Shown here: positions 26,513-39,584 of the stretch, piece after piece
Position numbering within the stretch: the first letter of the stretch is position 1
Layout: each line of letters starts with the position of its first letter
NCBI GenBank assembly: GCA_965153285.1
Contig: OZ229120.1
Source: Podarcis tiliguerta
Lineage: Eukaryota
Length of the DNA stretch: 64,000 nucleotides
Strand: one strand, 5' to 3'
Program-made: the position numbers and the translations under genes
The notes under the pieces: generated by a model
What the model was told of the DNA's origin: nothing
The model's database searches: none
The model's input: only the letters and a program-made list of their open reading frames with translations

Positions 26513-29500
26513 AGTGAGAGTCGGCCTTATTCCGACTCCCCTACTCCCCCCCCCAACCTGATTTATCACAGAGGCGTCTAATAATCACTTTGGAGATGTC
26601 AACTGAGGACTGTCCCTTTGCAAGGCAAAAGTGAAGATGTAAGGAAGGGTGGGGGTTGCTATCCTCATCAGTCGGAGCAATTCTTTGTACAGAGTCTCCC
26701 ATAAATGCACTACCTTTCAGGCCAGACCCCCCGGGCTCCGAGAGCCCCTCCACCCGCCTTTCCCACTTGTTGTCCAGACCGGCGCAAGAAACCCAAAGCG
26801 TTTATTTGGAAGAATCTCTTACCGAGCCAGAAAGAGGGTAGGAGGGTCAGTCAGCTACATCGGTCTAAATCGATCTCGAATCAATATCGATCTCGAATCG
26901 ATAAGACCTTTTCCCCATGCGCGCGTGCGTGTGCCCAGATAGCGTATACACGGCTCTAAGAATGCACCCAGGATCCGACCCGAAGTGGAGCCAAAGAAGA
27001 AAAGGGGGCAAGGCTCTTGAGCATCCCTCTATTCATATTAGCAGCATTTCTTTCTGCTTGCCCTTTGAATGGGGCCGTGTCACTCAGAGAACTAAGGGCC
27101 ATTTCTTTAATCTCTCTCCTCTGCCCTCACAGATCGACAGCCTTTCTCCCCACTCCCTGCTCCCCCCCTCATGCCCCCCTCCCTTCAGGGCACAAGATCC
27201 CCGTCCAGCTAGGCTCAGGCCGTCGCCGCTGCTTTCAGTGGAAGATCCTAAGCCGGGCTACGTCCCCTGGTCCCCGACGGGATAGACCGCGGGGCTCCTG
27301 GAGAGCCGTGCGGACCCCTGGGCACCCCCACCTCTCACTGGAGCCAGGCCCCAAAGAAATGGAGGGCCTAGGATTGGTGATGAATTAGTCTTTTGGGGAG
27401 TGGGATGATTTTTCTTAATTCAATCTGGCATCCTAAAGACAGGATGGAATGCCCCAGTATAACTATTTGCATGGAGACGTTTTCAAATCGAACCGACGTT
27501 CTATGGATTCGAATTAGGATGGATATTTTCTCTCCCCCTTTTTTATCTACCCAGTTATGCCACAGTGGTGAACCAGAGGGAATTAAGCCCTCTTCAAGTC
27601 CAAAGGCTTGGATTCCTCTTCGAGGAGGCTCGGGCTACAGATGGCTCAGGGGCACTCAACCAGCTTCATAGGAGCCAGCAAAGACTACGAACTAGCTGCT
27701 GCCATACGTGTGTGCGTGCGTGTGCGTGTGCTGGGGATATTTTTAGAGTTGGAGTAGCCACTCTACCAGGCAAACGGAGAAATGGTTCAAAGCAAGATCT
27801 CTACTGCTGCCCTCCTTTACTGACAAGCAAGCCCGCCCGCCTGCCTCCCAATTTCATGAGGCTTAATCCCAAGGAACCGTGCACAGGCGGCCTGTATTCA
27901 AGGGAGAGCCATTTTGCAAGGGGCACCCGCGGTACTGCTCTGGCATGATGGGCGTCACCAGCTGCCTCCTCATCCCAGCGATCTCTGATCCAAATGCACA
28001 CGTTCTTTCCAAGCGGATGGAGAGAAATACATAACCGGGTTGAGGGTGCATGCCTTACGCCGCCGCCGCCAATAAGCCAGGGGCCTGTTTCTCTCTCTCT
28101 CTGCCCTCCGAGGTTCTATTGAGAGAACGTCACCCCCCCCGCTCGATCCTCGCCCAGATTAAGCCGCAGTAGTTCCCTGCCAGCTGATTTCCCACCCCAC
28201 TCAGAGACACCTCTGACTTAACTCCGGGATTCTGAGAAATGTAAATAAAAGGGCATCGGACTGGGATGTCAGGCGCCCTGGGCCCCTGGAAATTCAAGTG
28301 GATGGCAGATTGAATAAATGCCGGCATTACCGAATTGTGGGCAGGTTTGGGGGGGAAAGGTGAGAGGAGCGATCTGAGGGTGGGGGCAGACGGTCGATTC
28401 ACCCACAGAATCTGACATGTTATTTTCTCTTTGCAGCAATAATAAATAGGCACTAATGAACCGAGGTACTAACTGTGTCCCCTAAGAGGGCAAAGCTCCA
28501 GGCGCAAAGATGACTGCCCGTTGCAAATGGTGAACAAACACACGCGCGCGCACACACAAACACACACACACACACACACACACTCACTCACAGAGAGAGA
28601 CCACTAACTTGGGACCCGCTTTCTAGCGGCCCCTTCCCAATGAAAGGCGAGGGCAGCCGAGAACGTGGGTGAATAAAACGCCAGTTAAAACGCTATTAAA
28701 CAGCGCAGAAGGTGCAAAGCTCGCGCCTCGTTCCGCCTTGATATGCAATTAAATTACAGCAAATTCCTCTTTAAATAATATCGTTTGGAATCCTTCGCTA
28801 AGATTCAAGGATGTCTGAGGTTAAGTAGCTTTTAAAACGTCAGTTCTAAATGGCTTATGCAATGAATAGCTACCTTTAAATCCTAACACCATTATAAATA
28901 CTCTATACATGTGGATGTCAGTTTATCTCTACATATTTCTTCTTCAAATGAGGAAAGCATTCATGATCATCATAATAAAAAAGCTCCTTGACATATTTGA
29001 GTTTAGAAAAGCAGATGTTAATTCCACCCTCCCTTCTCCCCACATCTTGTTTTATGACCAACTCTGTTGGAAAGGAGCCAACGGCGCCCTGCGCTTTGCT
29101 CAGTGACTAGTAGCCCGGGCGCATTAGAGCCTTCGCAGCACCAGCCGAGACGAGGCTCGAGCCATAAAAACCCCCCCACATCTGGGTTTCTTTCCCTTTT
29201 TTTCGTAACAACAACAAAATTAAATTAGGGAAAGAGTTGCAATAAAAATGGGAGGAGGGGGAAAGGGTCTTGGGGACTTGGGGATGGATGCGGAAAGAGA
29301 ACACACCTGCAGCCGCGCCGGAAAAAGAAACGGCCTGTGGATATTTTTCAAGATAGAAAGAGGCTTTCTGGGGGCCTGGCCAAACAGGCGTGTATTTTCA
29401 GTGAAATAAGTAAAAAATAATAATAAAATAAGAGGAGGTGCCAAATATGATTGCCAGCTCCCCACAGACACAGAGAAAACAGTGTTCTAGGACACTCCCC

Positions 29501-30395
29501 CCTCTTTTAGGGGGAGGGATACGGCCCCCAAAAAACCAATGGAAGTGATTCCTGGACAAGAAATGCTTTACTTCAGAGCACCCCCCTTTTTAGCTGTTTT
29601 CACATTCCCATTCTCTCCAGGCAGCCTCCCTTCCAAGCTGAGGGATCAAGTCTGAGGGTTCCCATCGTTTTCTCGCTCCCTCCCCCGCTCCTCTTTTCGC
29701 CCCATTAACTAATATGTTTGAGAAAGGTTCTTGTTTGCCCTGAGTTACACGGGGAGCAGAAGACATGGGAGGGCTTGAGACAGCGACGGCACCGCCACAC
29801 AAACCCGGAGCCGAGCTTTCCCTGGCATCACAATTAACTGTATGCAATATTTATCATTCGACAATGTTTGCCATCAGGAAACACCAAACGTAAAATCGGT
29901 GGAAGTTTAATAAACAGACACCCAGAGATTGATCAAATAGAATGAATAAACATGCCTGGATTTTTTTTTTATGCGCACGTCTGTGCTTCTGACTATTAGG
30001 CGATAATCCTGAGTGAGAAATAAATGCCATTGGAGTCTGCGGAGGAGGGGCGGGCCGGGAGGGGAGGGGAGGCGGGGGCTCTCTAGCCAGCCAGTTGGCC
30101 TTCTACTGAAGTTAATTCCCACCGGTCCAAGTTCCCTGCGGCTTGGAAAGGTTAGGACTGCACCCTTAGACCCCCGGGGACGCATCCAGATTCCTTGCCC
30201 GACATATCCCCACTCCTCACACCCCACGTGGAAGGAGCTATGAGCGAGGGCCACGGTGCCTCCCTTAAGAAACTGTGGCCAGGGTTGGTTTTAAATATAT
30301 ATGTCTCTTTATGGTTCAAAATTGGAAGAAGAAAAAACCAGGGTCAGTCAAAATGGTAGTCAAAATGGTCTGGTGTGATTGTTACAAAAATAATA

Positions 30396-30401
<6 letters not shown>

Positions 30402-30447
<46 letters not shown>
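30402..30447. repeat. (CT)n microsatellite
   Basis: Seen directly. Confidence 0.95.
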
Positions 30448-30449
<2 letters not shown>

Positions 30450-32969
30450 CCTCTTCCTCCCCGCTCCCCTCTTTTTCCCTTTTTAAATGCAGGATCTCGC
30501 CGGCTGGGGCAACACAATGGCAAGCCATCTGGTGCGCAAGAGAAGCGGTAGAGACAGCAGCGAACGGAGCCATCCGCAGCTTCCTAGAAGCGCACCGGGC
30601 CTGCAGGCTCCCCCCTCCCTTTGGCTCCCCGGCCTATAGCTAAACTTGGACGATGGTCTGTGACTGATGATCTCGGGACCCGCCAAGCAAGCAAGCAAGC
30701 AAGCGAGTTGCCGCCCCGGAGCAGCCCGAGGAACCTCTCCACGCGCGCCAAGCGCCGCTTCGCCTCCTGCTGCTGGGAGGTGGTCCCAAGCGCAGGAGCG
30801 AGCAGGGAAGAGCTCCACCCCCTTCCCTTGGTCGCGGAGACGGATAGGTCGGGGGAGGGCGCGGGGGAGGCAGAGAGAGAAGCTTCTTGCCTGCTGGGCT
30901 CTACAGTTGGGAAGTTTTGCTTGGAGCAGCAGCAGCAGCAAGAGTAACAACTAAATAATAATAATCGGAAATTAGCCCTTTGCGCTTATCTCTCCGTTCC
31001 CTCCATCCTTGTTTAAGCTGAGATATCTATCCCCCCCCTGCAATGCATGGCTCGATTTAAGAGCACGCGACAAAAAGGAGGGAAAACAGGTGGTGGGGAT
31101 GGGGGGGGGGGGAGAAAATGTATTAAACAAACCCTTCCGGGTGAACCTGACCCACGCAGAGACCTGTAGCAGATGAACTGCATCTCTCTTCCCCTCTCTC
31201 TTGCGCACAGGAGGGTTCTCATCTGACTTGTCACCGCATCTCTCACCCTCACCGCCTTCCTTTGGCCCATATTTCTGTCAGAAGGGTCGCTGGTGTCAGA
31301 CCCGCCTCCTTCCCCACTTGGCCCTCCTCCGCCTTGCAAAGCATCCCTCTGAGCTGAGGGTGTGCGGCCCTAGCTGGCTCTCAAATCGCTCACAGCCAGG
31401 ACACCCCCCACCCGCGCCCCAGCCACCCCTGAGCAGTATCCCATTAACCACTTACTTTGAAAGCGGAGCCTTTCCTTCGGCTGTTCCTTCTTCTCTTCCT
31501 TTCCTCAAGCACTGCCTCCCCAGGCCACTCAGCCTGGGCTTGCTCGGGTAGTCATAGGCCAATCATAGCGATCAGAAGAGAAATAAAACTTTCTCTCTCC
31601 ATCATTTGCCCCCTCTCTCCCTGCCCCTCCCTTCTTTTTCCCAGTCTCCGCTGTCCTTTGGCACCTTCTGCAAGAAGGAGGGCTGCAGTTCCGTCCCATC
31701 GCCTGGAGAGCGTCTTCCTGGGGACGCGTCTGCTGGCTGAGGTAGCCGCGCGCTTCTGCTGCCGCGCTTGGGAGCAGGGAGCCCGGCCTCGGAGCGAAGT
31801 GCAGATTGAGACATATCGGGATCCCTATAAAAGGGTCATTTCGCGAGGGAGGCTGGACACAAAGTTTGGACTCGTGACTGGCATTCCTGAGAGGCCTGCA
31901 TATTTTAAAAACAACAAAGCGAGCCCCCAAAGAAGGGATTGCTGGGGGGGGGGGCGAGAGAGCGAGAGAAGAGGGGAAATAGTGCGGGGGGGGGAACTGG
32001 AAGAGAAGTTACTAAGTGACAAACATCTGTCAACATGAGCTAATTTGTAAGCTTTTGCTGCGAGGAGAAACTGACTAGTTTTGTGAGGGTCTGTGTTGGT
32101 CGATGCAGGGATCTTTGTCTCTAACCTCCCGCCCCCTACCCCTCCCACCCCGCTTTTATGTGAGTGTTTAATCCTAGAAAGTTCCTAAAATGGATCTAAG
32201 ACCAAACCAAACGGGGAAGTTTGACCTGAAAGGTCTTTCTGGCCTTCGGATTAAAGCCCCCTCTCCCCTCTCCACCCTAGGCCACCGTCCTCCTCTCAGC
32301 CGCTCCCCTTTCTTAGCTCTTTATAAACCGTTTCGAGATGGGGGGGGGGATATAAACGTGTCTCAATGGCACAGCGACAAAGGCCAAAAGAAACACCAGT
32401 GACATGAGCTGCTGTTGCCCCCCCCCCCCAGCCCCCAGCCCACCGCAACCTTCTTAACAATAAGGTTTTATCTTGCAGCGAAAGAATAATATCCTCCTCT
32501 TTCCTCTCTTGGAATACGATCACTTTAAAAGCTTCAAAAAGAGAGAGAGAGAGAAGGGCCGGTGTGCGATGCAGAGACGTCCTCTCGGGCCGCATAGGCG
32601 TCAGGAAAGTCGCAGCAAGTTAACTTTCCCAGCCTTTGGCGCAGATCTGCAAAGCAGGCGCAGGCTGGGCAGAGGCGGGGGCAGCTGGCGCAAGCGGGGA
32701 GGCGAAGGAGCGGGGGCGGGTCTGATGCTGAGGCGATTTGACTGGACTGGGTGGGATCCTCGGCAGCCCCAGGATCAGGGGGCCTTTAGTTTGTGCGGGG
32801 CCCGCGGAGAAGCCTGTTTCTCTCCTAGACAGCTGAAGACAAAAGGAGAGGAGGCCTAGTGGTGAGCTGGATATCTCTGTTAGTTGTCAGCTCAGGTCCA
32901 GGGGCAGGCGAGGAATGCTAATCAGCCATTGCAGAGGGGCTGAAGGCTGCAGATCTCTCGCATAGTCAC

Positions 32970-32973
<4 letters not shown>

Positions 32974-33019
<46 letters not shown>
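32974..33019. repeat. (CT)n microsatellite
   Basis: Seen directly. Confidence 0.95.
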
Positions 33020-33024
<5 letters not shown>

Positions 33025-33443
33025 AGGGTTGTTTCGCTCTCACTCCCAGGGCACTTGCTTGGTTTTTTGCACTCACGTCCACCAGCTACACACCCATCCC
33101 TGGATCTTATGTACTCAAGAAGACAATCCTTAAACATACACAACATAGGCACATACAATACTACTCAGGCTTTATTCCTCGTTCCTCTCCCCCTGGGGTG
33201 ACATAGGAAAGGTTTGCGTGGAAGCAGTCTGAGTGCCACTCCACCAAACGGCTCGCGTCGGCTGGAATCCCAAGGGTTTTCCTCTAACTGGTTATGACTG
33301 TTCCAGACAGGGTGGCTCTTTGGGCTCCACCGGCGAGACCGAAGCACAAATTACCATGTTGTAATTGTTCACTCCTCCGTAGCTATCCGAGCTTCGGTCT
33401 TTTTTTTTTTTTGCTCTGACACAGAGAGAGGGGGCGGGGGAGG

Positions 33444-33450
<7 letters not shown>

Positions 33451-33511
<61 letters not shown>
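33451..33511. repeat. (AG)n microsatellite
   Basis: Seen directly. Confidence 0.95.
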
Positions 33512-33512
<1 letters not shown>

Positions 33513-35628
33513 GTTCCTACCTCCTTCTCTAAACAGAGGGATCGATAGCTGACCCCACGGTTTGGCCAGTGCTTTATTTATCTGCCCGAGCAATGATATT
33601 ATCAGCCTTAAACGTTATATACAGCAAATGTCTTCCTAAATCAACACACAAGGATATCTCCCGGCAGCCAAGCTGCTCTGCCTTCAAGAAGTTCGCTCTG
33701 CCTCTTGCCCTCTCCTCCGCTTTCCACAACAACCGGGGCCCGTTTTACACCCCGTAGTTTTCAACGGGATCCTCTGTTTGAAGCTTGATGGTGGGCTCTG
33801 CAGCCAAGAGGTTGTAGATACACGATTGTACAACCCCGCTTGCTGTTTCTTCCAGGGATTCGCTTGTCAGCCTGGCTGGGCTGCTTAAAGGCTGCTCAAC
33901 GCTACCCCTTTTTTGTAATGGGGGTGGGGAGGAGATCTAATTTCCCACTGTCCTCTCTGTTAATTGCTTTCTTTCCTTGCAATTATATGTATAAACCGAT
34001 TTGCTCCTTTCCATGTTATGGCTTTGTGATTCTAATGCAAACCACTTGAGGGGGGTTGGGGGTGGGGAGAGAAGAGACCAGCCATCTCCCCCCACCACAC
34101 ACAGGCAAAATGCATTCCACCCTCTTATTAGTCGTGAGAAGATGCGTTGGTCCTTAGGGCTGCAATGCATCTCAGTCTTACTTGGGAGTAGATCCCGCGG
34201 CATATAGCAGGATGTGCTTCTGAGCAAGGCGAGCAACACTTATTTTCAAATGTATGGCAGCCAACCAGATCGGGGCCTTCCGGTGAAATTCACCATACCC
34301 AGAAATATGACCCAACACCGAATTGCTCCGGCATGATCAGACGAAGGATGGGGACCCTCAGGGCAGCTCATCTGCCAGCCCTACTCCCCATTCACGTTCA
34401 TCTCCCTTGCCTCCCTCTACAGGTGGCTGCCCTTGGCACCAGGGGAACAAAGGTGCCCATGCGGACGCCCCTAGTCGATCTAGCAAGTCCCTCCTTCCTT
34501 TACCCGTTCTGCCAGCATGGCCCACTGGAGACTCCCAGCCCATTTATTCCACTTGTTTCTGCAACTTTGACAAGGGTGCAACGCTGGGTGCGCGTTTGAA
34601 GCCCTATGTTGTAGGCAGAATGACTGGCAAAGCCATCCCCATCCAGCTCAATGGAGCTCATTCGGAGTGCTCGCTATTGCCGTCTCCGTGGGAAGGGCTT
34701 GCCATGGAAGGCAGCGGGGTAAAAGAGGCTGAGAGTCCGGCTGAAGTCCTTGGAGGGGCTTCCGCCAATTTCCAAGCCTCAGAGTGGGTGGAAGGCGAGA
34801 GGGGAGCGGAGAACGTGACGCAGCTCGGAAGAGAGGCAGTTCTGGAGAGAGAGAGAGAGAGAGTCACCTTGCCTTCCTTCCAGCTTCTCTGCAAATTTCT
34901 CCTTCCTTTCCAGCTGTTTTGTGCTGACTCTTCTATGTGATGTGCTCGCGGGGTGGGGAGAAAAGAATTGGGAGGAGGGCATTGAGGGAGCATATTTTAA
35001 GTCCAGAATCCTCAATGGTTTCTCCTCTCTCTCTTTTAAAAGCCACACAACCCAACTTTGAAAATGGATTCGCTGACAAGTAAGGATAATAAATTAGAGG
35101 CGCTTTCAGATAGATATCTCAGACGTGAAATTGCGCCCAGCTGGTTGTGTAAGCAAACAAATAGCCGCCGTGTTCGAGGGCTCGCGGCTTGATGAATAGA
35201 ACACGACAGAGGTAAATGGCTCTTTAACTCATTTAGGAATAAAACTCTCGGGCTCCCCGAGTCAAAGAGCCCCGGAACGGCGTGGATCCTGAGCGAGCCC
35301 TTTTAAACAAGAGTTTTATTGGTTTCCACTTGTGAGCCCTCATCTTTCCCCAGTTCCTCCCTCCCACCCCCGCAGGGAGGCCTCGTCAAGGCACCAACTG
35401 ACTAGTTAAAAAAAAAAAAAAAGGAAGAAGAAGAAGACAAAAACTTGTCAGGTTCCGAAAGGTGTAGTAGCCACATGGCAAACTTGAAAATCTGCCAGAA
35501 TTATCAGGGCTGGCTTTGCCTGCCTGCCTGCCTTTCCCGCTAGAAACTCAATAGAAAATATGAACCGACTGCATTATTATTTTTCTTTTAAAAAAGATTT
35601 TTTCCCTAGCATCAGGACGATATTGCCT

Positions 35629-35630
35629 TT

Positions 35631-35682
<52 letters not shown>

Positions 35683-35684
35683 TC
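35629..35684. repeat. (TTTC)n microsatellite
   Basis: Seen directly. Confidence 0.95.
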
Positions 35685-37362
35685 ATTACACCCATTTATG
35701 TAAACTTGAGGGGGAAGGAATAGGGACAGAATCCATTTCTCCAAAGGTATTGAGTCTCCCCTACCTCGTCTAGAAGCCCAACCAGCAGAGAAGCCCCTTC
35801 TCTTTTACTCTGGAGAAGGAACACCGAAATCTCACGCCACGAATCAGTGAGACTTCACTAGTTTCAGGCAAATCTGCTTCGGGCCGAAGCTTTAGCTCTC
35901 ATTACTAGGGAGGAGCTGGTGTAGGTCTCTCTTCTCTCTGTTTGTCTGCCTGTCTCTCTCAAGATTCACGAGGCGGGGAAGGGGTCTCTCTCTCTCTTTC
36001 TCTCTCACGCCACCCGTAATTCCTGGGGGGAACTTCTGTCCGACCCCCATCCTCTGCCTTTTAAAATTTTTTTTGGCTGGCGGAGGGTTCTAAAAGCAGC
36101 TTGAATCTACAACACTTTGCAACCACTTCAAAGAAATATTAAGCTCTCCCTCTCCCCGAGAACGTTTTGCTTGCAAAAAACGAACCCTTTGACTTGCACA
36201 TCACGCACGCATGCACATTTAAAAGAGAGGGATCTATGCCAAAAAGAGTGACTTCGGATTAAAGCATTCAGATCTATGTTCTTATTGATGTCTAGAACGA
36301 AAAGGAGTTAACCCAAGTTGCCTTTTCCCAAGGAGAATGGCCCACAACCTCAGGCTTTCGACCAAAATGCTTTCTCGGTATTATCGATCTCTGCCAGAGC
36401 ATCCTTACATGGAGAGCTGCGTTTGAAATAAATTTATTAACCGTTCCCCCCTCCCTTCCATGACGTTANNNNNNNNNNNNNNNNNNNNNNNNNNNNNNNN
36501 NNNNNNNNNNNNNNNNNNNNNNNNNNNNNNNNNNNNNNNNNNNNNNNNNNNNNNNNNNNNNNNNNNNNNNNNNNNNNNNNNNNNNNNNNNNNNNNNNNNN
36601 NNNNNNNNNNNNNNNNNNNNNNNACATCCACATGTGGCTCCTAGATTCTTATAAAAGGAACAAATCTGTTATTCGTTGGCAGGTGAACCAGAGCGCTGTG
36701 GAGCCCTGAGACACATTCCCTCTTCCCTTGTCAAAAACCTGTCAGGGCTCTGTCGTCTGCCCAGTTGGGCTGAAGTCATTTCAGAAAGCCGACCCACAAA
36801 CACCTTACGTTTAAATCAAGCCTCACAGATGATGGGAGTGGAACTGGCTTGCCAGATCCCTTTTCCTTTCCGGGCGAGCGATGAGGATCCACACACAAGA
36901 CACTTCCAAGTACATCGTTTTAGGCCACTACATTCCGCTCTTATATATGAACATTCCTGACCAAATGTGCAGTCCCATTAACATCAGTGGTGGGTTTAAA
37001 CCCGTCTCACACCAGGGCACCTCCGCTTTTGGGGGGTTGTTCTCCTTAAATGCGACTGAAGACTTCAAGGCAGCCACATGTCCACATTGCAGAACTAGTT
37101 GTTTATTATTATTTCACAATTATTATGTACATTAGGAACTCTGCAATTCTCAAGCTCCATCGCCAAGGAAGCCCCAAAATTAGATTGACTAGAAAAGACT
37201 TAACTGGGGTGTGGGAGAAAAGGAGGTCAGCCACCCTGAGAGTAGGCAAAAGGCGATGCTTATTGTGGCCTAACGCTTTCGAAAAGCGAGTGAGGTTTGC
37301 TTAGGATGCCTGTGTGAGAGAGTGTGCGTATGAGACAAGGGAAAGAGGGAGAGACCTAGCCG

Positions 37363-37363
<1 letters not shown>

Positions 37364-37399
<36 letters not shown>
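37364..37399. repeat. (TAT)n microsatellite
   Basis: Seen directly. Confidence 0.95.
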
Positions 37400-37401
<2 letters not shown>

Positions 37402-39584
37402 TGAAGGTCTTGTAACTGCAGCAAAGAGGAACAGATGAATCATGGCAAAGCGGTAGACAGATAGTATTCTGGTCTCAAACAGGCTCAAGAAGAAGGCGTA
37501 TCCCAACAGAGCATCCATTTCTGTAGAAGGGCAACGGATTCGTGACTGGGTGGCCTGTCTAATGGAGAGAACGCCATGTGAGAAAGGATTGGTTTTTAGT
37601 CTTAGATTGACTGACAGATTCATCATAGGGTCCAACAACATCAGTTAGTTCTTTAGCGCTGTATACAGCCCAATTCGTGTTAAATCGTTGGGCCAAACTA
37701 ACGGAAAATCTCCACCAAGCATCATCTGAACAGTGAACACCCTTCCCAAAGGCTTTGTTGCGCTCGTCAGTAAGGAAAATGCGCCCAGAATATCAACCTC
37801 CCTTTCTACACCTTGTCTAGATCTGGAAGGATTTCTCCACTCCCGGCATTATTGTGTTACAAAATATTATTTAATACCATCGTTCCCCTGAAGGTCCAAA
37901 ATGAATGTGGGGTGGGAAAGACGAGGCATTACTCGGGTTTCACCAGGGATGCATAACATACCAGCGCTTAGATTTACTTCTGATGCGAAGAGGACACTTT
38001 CTGCGGCCTTTTCGCAAGGATCCTAATCCTATCCGGGCCTAAATCTTCTAGGGCTGTCTGATCTTCAGTGCGGTGAGGTGACCTTTCCCTACCCGGTCTG
38101 TGCAAAAACAGAGCTACCTCCGTCTTTGGCCGTTACATTGGTTTTTTCAGAACTCGTTCTGGCCAGTTAAGAGCCAAAATGTGCATTCTTACAGCCTGCC
38201 TATTGAAACTGACTAGTCCATAGACTGTAGCTGCTGGCAATGTTATTATGCAGCTGTAAGTGCCCGCCATATAGAAAATGCGTTCTCTCTCTCTCTCTTT
38301 CTCTCTCTCCAGGGATCTACTGCGTCTAGAATATTAAAAAACCCCAAGCGGGTTAGGCTGAAGGATCTTGTTAATGCAAAATAAAAAAGTTTAAAAAAAA
38401 TCTGGGGAGTGTAGACAGCAAATTAACAGAAAAAACACTGCCAGTGACTCCTCCAATTGAAAATCCTGCCTCATCCTGGATGTGTTTGGAGGGCGAGGGA
38501 GAAACTGGAGAATGTGAGGCGGGGGGCGGAGTGGGGGGGGGAAAGACACACGAATGTTATTTTTAAAGATCCGGCTTTATTAATACGTTAAGAAAGAGCT
38601 CCCTTGGCAGTGTGTGTTCTTACAGCTCCGTCTCAGATCCTATAAAACATTAATGCACTGAAAGCTGTTACAGAGATCTGCAGCGACCAGCTCCAAGCTC
38701 TGGGAAAATCTTTACCTTCAAAAGGGCCTCCACTCGGAGAACGAATGGTACGTTGGGGTGTGTGGGGGGGGGGAGGGTGTTTTTGGAAAGCTGCTCCCGC
38801 AGTCATTTGAAGGAGACTAACAGCTTTAGGATTCCATGAGCCCACGGGAATAGGGGCGCATGCGTGTCCTTGGATCAGTACACACGACCAGACATATCCA
38901 CCTCCCTCTCTCTGAGGGTGGCTTTAGAACTCAGGGGAAACTCACCAGCCCGGAGGAAAGACCCGCACCAGGAGGAAATTGCCCGCACCTGACACAGAGA
39001 CCTTTACAAAGTGTAAGGGGTGGGGAAGGGAAATAAGAGCTTCAGTCCAGACGTGACAACACAGCGCTCCAGAGGAGTGGAAATTTACTTTCAGGACAGG
39101 CCAAAGACATTTCGCCACCCGAGGCAGAATAGTTCACTTCGCCTTACCTTTATTAGGCATTACAGGCAGAACAGCAAATGGATCTCCTCTCAATTAATCC
39201 AAGGTGCAAACCCAACGAGAAAAACAAAAAGCCAACTAGCACAAACGCCTCTCGCTGGGAGCAAAAATAGAATACTAATAAATTAAAAACAACAACAACT
39301 ATTTACTGTCCTTTCAAGGCACCTAAAAATCAGCTGCCTGAGTCATTCTCCTTACTCTATCTAGTGGTAGGGCTGGCCCTGTTTTCTATTCCGGATTATT
39401 CTCATAGAAGGCCAGGAGGCTCACGCAGAAGTTTAATGGGACTCCCTCCCAGTTAAATGAACGTAGGGTTGCAACCTAAGGGAATTCCTCTTAACTGTCC
39501 CCCCACCTCCATTTCGTCAGCATCAGTCACCAGAATCGCATTAAAACCAGGCAGCTTGGGAATACTGAGAGGTGTGTGCACCTT

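Noticed and set aside
21034-30372. Short tandem duplications (tgaacatatcc near 21045, gattacaacat near 23486, gtcaaaatggt near 30347)
   Set aside because: Two-copy slippage duplications with no spacer structure or convincing motif.
11655-38086. Isolated NBRE-like TGACCTTT sites (11655 and 38079)
   Set aside because: About two such 8-mers are expected by chance in this window.
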